From an uncultured Micavibrio sp. (lineage in GTDB: Bacteria; Pseudomonadota; Alphaproteobacteria; Micavibrionales; UBA2020), in assembly GCA_964534445.1 (NCBI GenBank), contig CAZHOE010000003.1:469563-533562 (forward strand): a stretch of 64,000 nucleotides of DNA. Reading direction: 5' to 3'. Made by a program: the position numbers and the translations under genes. The notes beneath the pieces are model-generated. The model was not told the origin of the DNA and did no database searches. It saw nothing but the letters and a program-made list of their open reading frames with translations. Numbering within the stretch: the first letter of the stretch is position 1; each line of letters starts with the position of its first letter. This document shows positions 37,081-44,533 of this stretch, piece after piece.

Positions 37081-37458
37081 GTGGACATTACGGATAACAA
37101 CGACGCGCCGAAAAAGGAAACGCCGGAGCAATCGCGCCGGGCGGCGGCGGTGGCGCTCAAGAAATATGGTATTGATGAAGGATCTCTGCCCAAGGTGGTC
37201 GCCGCAGGGTACGGCAAGCTGGCGGAACAGATTGTCGAGATTGCTTTCCAGAATGGCGTCAAGGTGCGCGAGGACAAAGACCTTGCCCAGATGCTGGCCG
37301 CGATCGAGCTGGACAGCGATATCCCCTCCGAGGCGCTGATCGCCGTTGCCGAAATTCTCGCCTATGTTTACAAAGTGAACGGAACGTATCAATCTATAAA
37401 GCCGGAGACACAAACGGGGCATCCCCCGAAGGAGCAAGCCGATGACACTGAGCAATAA
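37081..37458 (+). CDS. FlhB C-terminal-domain-like protein (FhlB/YlqH family)
   Basis: GTG start. AVALKKYG...KVVAAGYGKLAEQIVEIAFQNGVKVREDKDLAQML...IPSEALIAVAEILAYVY aligns with the post-NPTH part of the FlhB in this same window, but has no NPTH and no TM region. Confidence 0.7.
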   Translation: MDITDNNDAPKKETPEQSRRAAAVALKKYGIDEGSLPKVVAAGYGKLAEQIVEIAFQNGVKVREDKDLAQMLAAIELDSDIPSEALIAVAEILAYVYKVNGTYQSIKPETQTGHPPKEQADDTEQ

Positions 37459-37726
37459 CGCTGCCGCCGATAGCAAGGAAGTAGGCGACCGCCTGAAACA
37501 GGTGGCCGATTACGTCAAGGATTGCGACCGCCGTGTGAACCGTGGCGAGATCATGGATCTGCAAGGGCTCGACAAAACCGTCATGGAAATTTGCGATGCC
37601 ATGGCGCAATTGCCCGAAGACGAAGTTGAAAAACATGAATCTGCCATGTCCGCGTTGATCAAGGATCTGGAAACGCTCGCCAAGTCGATGAAGGCGCAGC
37701 AAGAGATGGAAGACGGTGAGGCCTGA
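37442..37726 (+). CDS. hypothetical acidic helical protein in the flagellar operon (94 aa)
   Basis: Overlaps the upstream gene by 17 nt, and its stop abuts the fliO start. No family recognised. Confidence 0.45.
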   Translation: MTLSNNAAADSKEVGDRLKQVADYVKDCDRRVNRGEIMDLQGLDKTVMEICDAMAQLPEDEVEKHESAMSALIKDLETLAKSMKAQQEMEDGEA

Positions 37727-38055
37727 TGCCGGATAGCGAAATCCTGCTAAAGTTTATCAGCGCCTTCGCCCTTGTCATGGGGATGATGTTTTTGCTGTCC
37801 TGGGGGCTAAAGCGCATGGGGCTGGCCGGACACTCGCTGTTGCCGAGCGGCAAGCGCCGTTTGAAAATCGTGGAAGTTCTTCCCATCGATCACCGCCGCC
37901 GTCTTGTGCTGGTGCGCCGCGATGACAAGGAACATTTGCTGGTGCTGGGCACGAACGGTGAAACCGTGGTGGAAGGCAATATAGCCGTCGCCACCGATAC
38001 CATTGTCGATCTGCCGCCGTCCTGTGATACTGAAAAGGAAACCAAACATGCTTAA
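37726..38055 (+). CDS. fliO: flagellar biosynthetic protein FliO
   Basis: Single N-terminal TM helix, then RLKIVEVLPIDHRRRLVLVRRDDKEHLLVLG. Sits immediately upstream of and overlapping fliP. Confidence 0.65.
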   Translation: MPDSEILLKFISAFALVMGMMFLLSWGLKRMGLAGHSLLPSGKRRLKIVEVLPIDHRRRLVLVRRDDKEHLLVLGTNGETVVEGNIAVATDTIVDLPPSCDTEKETKHA

Positions 38056-38839
38056 ATCCGCACGTTTTTGGCGCATGCTGTGTCTGCTGGCGGCCTTGGC
38101 AATTTTCTTTGTCCCGGCAGCGGCCTTCGCGCAAAGCGTGACGATTGATATGGGCGGGTCGCTTGCTGATGATAGCGGCGGCGGCGGGTCTGTTGCGACG
38201 CGCGTGGTGCAGTTGGTGATGCTGCTGACAATTTTGTCGCTGGCGCCGTCCATCTTGATGATGATGACATCTTTCACCCGTATCGTGGTGGTGCTGTCGT
38301 TTCTGCGTACTGCGCTGGGCACGCAACAAACGCCGCCGAATACGGTGCTGATCAGCCTTGCCATGTTCCTGACGCTGTTCATCATGATGCCGACGTTTCA
38401 GGCATCGTATGAACAGGGCATCCGCCCCATGATGGAAGAACAAGTGGAGGAAATGGAAGGGATCGAGCGCGCCGTGCAGCCCTTCAAGGCATTCATGCTC
38501 AAACACACGCGCGAAAAAGACCTGATGCTGTTTATGAACCTCAGCAAGACCGAACCGGTGGAAGAGCCGATGGCCGTGCCGCTGCAGGTGGTGATTCCGT
38601 CCTTTATGATTTCCGAATTGCGCCGTGCCTTTGAAATCGGCTTTTTGATCTTCCTGCCGTTTTTGATCATCGACATGGTGACGGCATCGATTTTGATGTC
38701 CATGGGTATGATGATGCTGCCCCCCATTATGATCGCGCTGCCGTTTAAAATCGTGTTCTTCGTGCTCGTCGACGGCTGGCACCTCATCGCCGGCTCCCTC
38801 GTCCAAAGCTACGGCCCGACGGGAGTGGCGACGCCGTAA
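38048..38839 (+). CDS. fliP: flagellar biosynthetic protein FliP
   Basis: Signal-like N-terminus MLKSARFWRMLCLLAALAIFFVPAAAFA. Conserved SFTRIVVVLSFLRTALG and MISELRRAFEIGFLIFLPFLIIDMV blocks. Confidence 0.95.
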   Translation: MLKSARFWRMLCLLAALAIFFVPAAAFAQSVTIDMGGSLADDSGGGGSVATRVVQLVMLLTILSLAPSILMMMTSFTRIVVVLSFLRTALGTQQTPPNTVLISLAMFLTLFIMMPTFQASYEQGIRPMMEEQVEEMEGIERAVQPFKAFMLKHTREKDLMLFMNLSKTEPVEEPMAVPLQVVIPSFMISELRRAFEIGFLIFLPFLIIDMVTASILMSMGMMMLPPIMIALPFKIVFFVLVDGWHLIAGSLVQSYGPTGVATP

Positions 38840-39897
38840 TGACACCCCCTGATTTTGACAGTATTGGCAAAGAAGACAGTGTTGATTTTTTTCACCGTGT
38901 CAAACCGCAGCTCGAGAAAATGGAGAAGGTGCGGTCTGAAAAATATGAAAGCTATATCTGGCGCCGCAAGATCGGCGCCTGGATCGCAACGGCCGTCACG
39001 CCGCTGACGGCATGGGTGGATTACAACCTTTTATTTATCTGGTCAAAATCGTCGGATGATAGCGGGGCGGGGCTGACCTTCGCGGTGCTGGGCGGGCTTT
39101 ATGCCTGGGCCACAGCCCCGAAGCGTGCCTACGCCAAGGCCTATAAGCAGGAAATCATGCCTGACATTGCCGCGTTGTTCGGGTTGCGGTTCGATGTGGA
39201 CGGCAAAATCCCCATGCATGCGATGCAGCCAACCAAGATTATTCCGTCCCATGACCGTTATACATCCGAAGATTATTTCGAAGGGGAGCATAAGGGCGCG
39301 ACGGTTAAATTCTCCGAAATCCATCTGGAGCAGCGCCGCCGTTCCAAAAAGCGTACCTATTATGTGACGGTGTTCAAAGGTATGGCGATTTTAATCGACC
39401 TGCCGCGGGCAAAGTTCTATGGCCATACCGTTTTAACGGCGGATAGCCCTGATGCGCTGGAATGGGTGCGCGAAAAATCTATCGGCCTGCAACGTGCCGA
39501 TCTGGTCGATCCCGAGTTCGAAAAAAAATATTCGGTCTTTACCAATGATCAGGTAGAGGCGCGGTATCTGATCCACCCCGCAATGATCGAGCGGATTGTG
39601 CAAATCCAGCACTCCCACGTCTCGGGGGGGATCTCGGCCTCCTATCACAACAAGCGTATTCTGATTTTGATCGAAACCAAGAAAAACCTGTTTGAACCCG
39701 CCGATATCACGATCCCAGCAACAGATGCGGAGGCCTTGAGCGCCTTGCGGCAGGAAGTATCCGAAACCTTGTCACTCGTCGACTACTTTGAATTTTATAA
39801 GCCGGTCGAGAAGCCCGCAGCGATTCCGTCTTCAAATACCGAACAGATTGCGCCCGGCGCCGCACTCATCGATCCGCCGGAAGGATCGCAATTTTAA
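38839..39897 (+). CDS. DUF3137-like membrane protein, translationally coupled to fliP
   Basis: TAATG overlap with the fliP stop. Two TM helices after an N-terminal helix, then EDYFEGEHKGATVKFSEIHLEQRRRSKKRTYYVTVFKGMAILIDLPRAKFYGHTVL, a pattern I recall from DUF3137. Assignment is from memory only. Confidence 0.5.
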   Translation: MTPPDFDSIGKEDSVDFFHRVKPQLEKMEKVRSEKYESYIWRRKIGAWIATAVTPLTAWVDYNLLFIWSKSSDDSGAGLTFAVLGGLYAWATAPKRAYAKAYKQEIMPDIAALFGLRFDVDGKIPMHAMQPTKIIPSHDRYTSEDYFEGEHKGATVKFSEIHLEQRRRSKKRTYYVTVFKGMAILIDLPRAKFYGHTVLTADSPDALEWVREKSIGLQRADLVDPEFEKKYSVFTNDQVEARYLIHPAMIERIVQIQHSHVSGGISASYHNKRILILIETKKNLFEPADITIPATDAEALSALRQEVSETLSLVDYFEFYKPVEKPAAIPSSNTEQIAPGAALIDPPEGSQF

Positions 39898-39907
39898 ATC
39901 CGGCAGT

Positions 39908-41086
39908 TCAGGAGGCTTTGTCTTCCTGCGTCAGGGTTTTGACCAGCACTTTGCGGGCGGGTGTCAATACTTTGCCGGCGGTGAGGATGCCTTTGCGCAC
40001 CAGTTTGGCCAGCGGACGGTCATTGGTGTAAAGCCGCACAATCGCATTCGTGCCTTCGTATAGCGGGCGGGTCGTGGCGCGGTGGCGGTTTGTGTAGTTT
40101 TGCAACAAAAGCGGTGATCCGATATCCAGCCCGTTCAGCATCGCGCCGGTCACGATTTCCGCCAATGTCTGTGCGCCGTACATACCGAAATTAAACCCGT
40201 GCGCGGAAACGGGGTGCATGCCGACCGCGGCATCGCCCAGCAAGGCAAAACGTGCGGCGGAAAAGCTTTGCGCATAGACGCCGACCAGCGGATAGGCGTG
40301 GCGCTTGCCCGCGATCTTGACGCGGCCAAGGCGCTTTTCCGTCCATGCGTTGACTTTTTCCGCCAGCGCATCATCGCCGAGTGCCAAAACATCTTCGCCC
40401 TTATCCTGCGGCATCGTGAGGACGAGGGAAGAAGTATAATCGGCCAGCGGGATGGAGGCGAGAGTCAAGCCGTTCAGGAAACATTCGCTGGCGATGTTCC
40501 GGTGGCTTTTGTCATGCTCGATGCGGCAGACGATGCACAGGCGCTTGAAATCCAGCTTGTCCGTTTTGATCCCTGCCATGTCGCGCAGGGTGGAAAAACG
40601 GCTGTCGGCCGCTGCGACCAGTTTGGCGGAAAGTTTTTTGCCGGTAGCCAGCGTGACGGTTGCTTCATCGCGGCCAAGGTTGAGGGCGGAGACCGTGCCC
40701 TCGATCAAGTCAATATTATCGCAGTCCTGAATGGCCTTATAGGCGGCGCGGCGCAGGTGGTAATTTGAAATAACGTATCCGATGTTTTCCTTGTCGCTGT
40801 CTTCCGGACTGAAATGCAGTGAGGAAGGGGATCCTTGGTTAATCACTTCCGCTTCGCGCAGGATATGAATTTCCCTCTCGGGGATGTGTGGCAGCAGGCC
40901 ATAGCGTTCCATCAAACCATGTGTGCGGTGCGTGACGGCAACCTCGCGCCCGTCGTCGGGCGCGGCGGCGAGTTTCTCGGCGGGCTGTTTTTCGACGATG
41001 CCTATTTTGCAGCCTGTGGGCGCCATCATGCGGGCAAAACCAAGGCCGATGGGGCCGCCGCCGATAATCAGGATGTCATAGCGCAT
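39908..41086 (-). CDS. UbiH/UbiF/VisC/COQ6-family FAD-dependent ubiquinone hydroxylase
   Basis: MRYDILIIGGGPIGLGFA (GxGxxG), and FALLGDAAVGMHPVSAHGFNFG (DG/GD FAD motif). Confidence 0.85.
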   Translation of the reverse strand: MRYDILIIGGGPIGLGFARMMAPTGCKIGIVEKQPAEKLAAAPDDGREVAVTHRTHGLMERYGLLPHIPEREIHILREAEVINQGSPSSLHFSPEDSDKENIGYVISNYHLRRAAYKAIQDCDNIDLIEGTVSALNLGRDEATVTLATGKKLSAKLVAAADSRFSTLRDMAGIKTDKLDFKRLCIVCRIEHDKSHRNIASECFLNGLTLASIPLADYTSSLVLTMPQDKGEDVLALGDDALAEKVNAWTEKRLGRVKIAGKRHAYPLVGVYAQSFSAARFALLGDAAVGMHPVSAHGFNFGMYGAQTLAEIVTGAMLNGLDIGSPLLLQNYTNRHRATTRPLYEGTNAIVRLYTNDRPLAKLVRKGILTAGKVLTPARKVLVKTLTQEDKAS

Positions 41087-41215
41087 GTTGCACCTCTTTT
41101 TATTCATTCCCCTAGAAAATAGAGATAATCGGGCGTTAGTCAACTGCCTGCCAAGCGCTTGACCGCGCACGAAAAAACCGCTGTACAGCAAACGCGTGCA
41201 CAGCGGTTTTTCGCT

Positions 41216-42418
41216 TCAGGCGGCGGTTTTGATGCGGGCGGCGCGAAAACGTTTTCGCAAACACCACAACATCAAAGCCAGCCCGGCCATCGACAGCCAT
41301 CCTGCCATTGCGGCCAGCATGATGTTGACACCATAGCTTTCGGCCACATGCCCCATCCCGATACTCAAGGGGATGAAGGCGAGAGAGGTGATCAGGCTCT
41401 GCGTGGACAGGATCGTCGCCCGACGCTCCGAGCCCACGTTTTTATTGATCGCCTCGCTGACGCGAGGGGCGGCCAGACCATACAGGCAGGTCCCCGCCAG
41501 CATCAGCAAACCCACACCGCCCCAGCTGACCGACAGGCTGGCCAGCACACAGCAGGCCACCGCGACCAGCCACACGGCCATCAGCGCCTTCAGGCTCGAC
41601 ACGCGGCCATCCAGCAAGTGGGCGAAGTGACTCGACATCCCGCCCAGCACGAAGCCGGCGGCCATCAACAAGCCATAGGCTTCTTCCTTCAGTCCCAGCG
41701 CGGCGTAATAGGGCTGCTGCGCCCACATCACGACCTTCGTTGCCGAAAACATGACGGCGGCGAACAAGATGATCAGCCCGATCTCCGCATGACCTGCCAG
41801 CGCATAGCGCGCCGTTTCGATCATATCGGCAACGGGGTGCTTTTCCGCCACACGTCGATGCCGGTCAGGTTCCGTCATCATCAGGCAGCACACACCGCCC
41901 ATGACCAGCGTCACCAGCGTCAGGATAACGGGCAACCGTGCATCGATGGCATAGATAAACCCGCCCATGACGCTCGCCGCCGCTACGCTGTAGAGCCCCA
42001 GCCCCATGCGGCGTCCTTCATGCCGCCGGTATTCGGCTGCGCGTCCTTCGGACAGCAGGCTGTCATAGAGCATGGCCGTGTTCGTCCCCGACAGCAAACT
42101 GATCCCGATTCCGATCACGGATTGCGCCAGCATGGCCATGATCAGGTTGTCGGCGATGAGCATCAGCGCATAGCCGATCAGCTCAAACACCGTCCCTGCT
42201 AGCAGGACATGGCAGCGTTTCCACACATCGGACAGCCAGCCGCTGGGTACTTCCAGCAATACGACAGTGACGGCAAAAGCCGCCTCCCCGATCAGGAAGT
42301 CGTCAAAGCCCAGACCCATCCGGTCCCTGTAAAAGGGAACGACGACAGGGATGATGAAAGCCATGTTGATGCAAACGGCATGTGCTTCCAGCAGTCTTAT
42401 GTTTCGATCGGCACGCAT
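41216..42418 (-). CDS. MFS transporter
   Basis: 400 aa, about 12 TM helices, with an MFS-like loop motif (GWLSDVWKRCHVL). Confidence 0.8.
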   Translation of the reverse strand: MRADRNIRLLEAHAVCINMAFIIPVVVPFYRDRMGLGFDDFLIGEAAFAVTVVLLEVPSGWLSDVWKRCHVLLAGTVFELIGYALMLIADNLIMAMLAQSVIGIGISLLSGTNTAMLYDSLLSEGRAAEYRRHEGRRMGLGLYSVAAASVMGGFIYAIDARLPVILTLVTLVMGGVCCLMMTEPDRHRRVAEKHPVADMIETARYALAGHAEIGLIILFAAVMFSATKVVMWAQQPYYAALGLKEEAYGLLMAAGFVLGGMSSHFAHLLDGRVSSLKALMAVWLVAVACCVLASLSVSWGGVGLLMLAGTCLYGLAAPRVSEAINKNVGSERRATILSTQSLITSLAFIPLSIGMGHVAESYGVNIMLAAMAGWLSMAGLALMLWCLRKRFRAARIKTAA

Positions 42419-42588
42419 GATATTTCGCCTGTTTATAAAAGTCGTAAAAAAACAAACAGGCGGGCAGCAAAAACACCGGTAAAGCCGGACGGTTTTTATC
42501 TGGAAGTCAGTCAGGATTTTATGAAGTCATAGGGGGAAGTTTATCCTGCCAGCCTGTATTTGGCTGACAGATGGAAAACCTCACATCA

Positions 42589-42747
42589 TCAGCCGTTGGT
42601 GGTACCTTTTGGGGTTTTGACGCCCGCAAAGGATTCCGGCGCATAAAGGAACGCCGCGCTACTGCCGTTATTAACGGCCGTGGCGGTTTGCGGGGCAATC
42701 GCCCAAGCGTTCCGTTTCGCTGTGATGTGCTGCATGCAGCAAGACAT
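42589..42747 (-). CDS. candidate 52-aa peptide (MSCCMQH...)
   Basis: aaggaga SD 6 nt before the ATG. TTGAAA-N17-TGTAAT promoter upstream. Product MSCCMQHITAKRNAWAIAPQTATAVNNGSSAAFLYAPESFAGVKTPKGTTNG. Weak hairpin plus T-run downstream. Confidence 0.3.
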   Translation of the reverse strand: MSCCMQHITAKRNAWAIAPQTATAVNNGSSAAFLYAPESFAGVKTPKGTTNG

Positions 42748-42772
42748 GGTTGTTCTCCTTAATGGTTCTTTG

Positions 42773-42801
42773 ATTACACCATAAGGCTTAAAATTTTTCA
42801 A
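42773..42801 (-). promoter_or_regulatory. sigma70-like promoter (TTGAAA-N17-TGTAAT, minus strand)
   Basis: Forward tttcaa at 42796-42801 and attaca at 42773-42778. Confidence 0.35.
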
Positions 42802-42856
42802 TAACATTTTTGTGTGGCGCGTCAGGAAAGTGCGATAAGTGCCTGCGGCGCAGTCA

Positions 42857-43591
42857 TTACTTCTTGCGTGCAAAAAGACGAATGCCGGGCTTCAGGTTGA
42901 AACCGAATTTTTCAACTTTCAATCCGTGCTTGGCAAACAGTGTCGTTAAACCCTGTTTGGTGAAGTAATGGATATGCTCTGGCGGGATGACTTGCTCCCA
43001 CGTATCGAACGGTTTCGGCACGCGCCAGTGCCCGCCATCGGGGGTCGTCAGGTAAATGATGCCGCCGTCATTGAGAAGGCGGGCGAGCGCGCCGACGAAG
43101 GTATCCGGATTGAAAACGTGTTCGATCACTTCACTGGTATAAATAATATCGGCCTTGTGCCCTGCGGCGGCGTAATCTTCGATGGAAATGGTTTCGAAAT
43201 ATTGATCGCCAAAGGATTTCTTGCTTTGTGTGACGGCCGTATCGTCAATGTCGATACCATGCGCATCAAGGCCGAGGTCAAGTGCCGCCTTGATCGTAAA
43301 GCCGTAGTTGCAACCGACGTCCAGAAACTTTTTGCCTTTGGTCATGCCAGCCAGCCGCGCGATGCGCTTTTTTGCGCGGGCGATCTTTTTGGGCGCCTTC
43401 TTTTGGTAATCTACCGTGCCTTCGTAAGACTGATAATATGCCATCAGCTGATCAAGTGTCGGAAAGGGCGTGATGACGGCAGAGCCGCAGACTGTACACT
43501 TAACAATATCGTAGCCGTTCTTGTGGCCGATTTTGGCGCTGGCGGCATCAATCTTGTTTTCACATGCTCTGCATTGCGGCTGGGCGGTCAT
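42857..43591 (-). CDS. class I SAM-dependent methyltransferase with N-terminal zinc ribbon
   Basis: CRACEN...CTVCGS zinc ribbon. Motif I FLDVGCNYGF. Post-I and motif II/III spacing is typical of Methyltransf_11/23 enzymes. Confidence 0.8.
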   Translation of the reverse strand: MTAQPQCRACENKIDAASAKIGHKNGYDIVKCTVCGSAVITPFPTLDQLMAYYQSYEGTVDYQKKAPKKIARAKKRIARLAGMTKGKKFLDVGCNYGFTIKAALDLGLDAHGIDIDDTAVTQSKKSFGDQYFETISIEDYAAAGHKADIIYTSEVIEHVFNPDTFVGALARLLNDGGIIYLTTPDGGHWRVPKPFDTWEQVIPPEHIHYFTKQGLTTLFAKHGLKVEKFGFNLKPGIRLFARKK

Positions 43592-43655
43592 GGCATTTCC
43601 TTTTTATGCATATTTTGTCTAGGAAGGTGTAAAGGGTGGCAAGGCGGCGGTCAAT

Positions 43656-44444
43656 TCAAAAATCCTCGCGCGTGACCCGCGCGACGGTCAGGACGAAAAC
43701 TTTTGCGGCGCCGGCCTTTTTCAGGATACGGGCGCATTCGTTCAGCGTTGCACCGCTGGTGAAAACATCATCGACAATTATCACCGCCTTACCGGCAAGC
43801 TGTGATCGCAGGGCGGGCGGGACGGCAAAGGCGTTTTTGACATTCAAGTACCGCTCTTTGCGGCTCAGGCCTTTTTGCGGAATGGTGTGAATTTTGCGGA
43901 TCAGCCCTTCAGGCAGATAGGTTTTGCCGCTCTGTCGCGCCAGCTTTTGCGCCAGCAGGGCGGATTGGTTAAAGCGGCGTTGCCACAGGCGTTTGCGGTG
44001 CAGGGGCACGGGGATGACCATATCTGTTTCCGCCAGCATCTCGGCGCCTGCGCGTGCCAGCCAGGGCAGGAATGTATCTGCCGCATGCAGCCGGTCGCCG
44101 TATTTGAAATCCAGGATCATTTGCCGGCTGGCATCGCAATAGACAACGGCGGCGCGCGCTGTATCGAATACGGGTTCTTCTTCGATACAGGCCGCGCAAA
44201 GCGTGCCGTCGGGGGTAGCAAAAGGAAAGGGCAAGCCGCAGGTTTTGCAAAAAGGGGTGTCAATAAAGCTCAGCTGTGACCAGAAGGCGGGCGCGATCAT
44301 CCCTTGCGTATCCACAATCTCGCCCGTGCCAAGACAGCGGGGCGGCAGCAGCAGATCGAGCGCTTTTTGCAAGAATCCCCTTGGGGCCGGCTTGGGCCGG
44401 GCAAGGAGCTCGCCGGAAGCATTTTCTGATCTATATTGTTGCAT
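43656..44444 (-). CDS. comF: ComF family protein (double zinc ribbon + PRTase domain)
   Basis: CKTCGLPF...CAACI zinc ribbon, VPLHRKRLWQRRFNQS, and the PRPP loop VIIVDDVFTSGAT. Confidence 0.85.
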   Translation of the reverse strand: MQQYRSENASGELLARPKPAPRGFLQKALDLLLPPRCLGTGEIVDTQGMIAPAFWSQLSFIDTPFCKTCGLPFPFATPDGTLCAACIEEEPVFDTARAAVVYCDASRQMILDFKYGDRLHAADTFLPWLARAGAEMLAETDMVIPVPLHRKRLWQRRFNQSALLAQKLARQSGKTYLPEGLIRKIHTIPQKGLSRKERYLNVKNAFAVPPALRSQLAGKAVIIVDDVFTSGATLNECARILKKAGAAKVFVLTVARVTREDF

Positions 44445-44533
44445 AAGGAGAATCTGCCTATAAAACCCTTTAAAATCAATAGATAAACGGACGAATTTGA
44501 GGCTTGATTTTACGTATATAGTGTTATAAAATT

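Noticed and set aside
37775-38845. 356-aa minus-strand ORF (His/Arg/Gln-rich) antisense to fliO-fliP
   Set aside because: Extreme low-complexity composition. It overlaps the highly conserved fliP.
41159-42202. 347-aa plus-strand ORF antisense to the MFS transporter
   Set aside because: Gln/His/Arg/Pro-rich shadow frame. The minus strand encodes a coherent 12-TM protein.
42571-42762. 63-aa plus-strand ORF (MENLTSSAVGG...) in the methyltransferase-MFS gap
   Set aside because: It has no SD or promoter and is antisense to the flanking operon direction. The overlapping minus-strand 52-codon ORF has a promoter plus a strong SD, so it was preferred, though still at low confidence.
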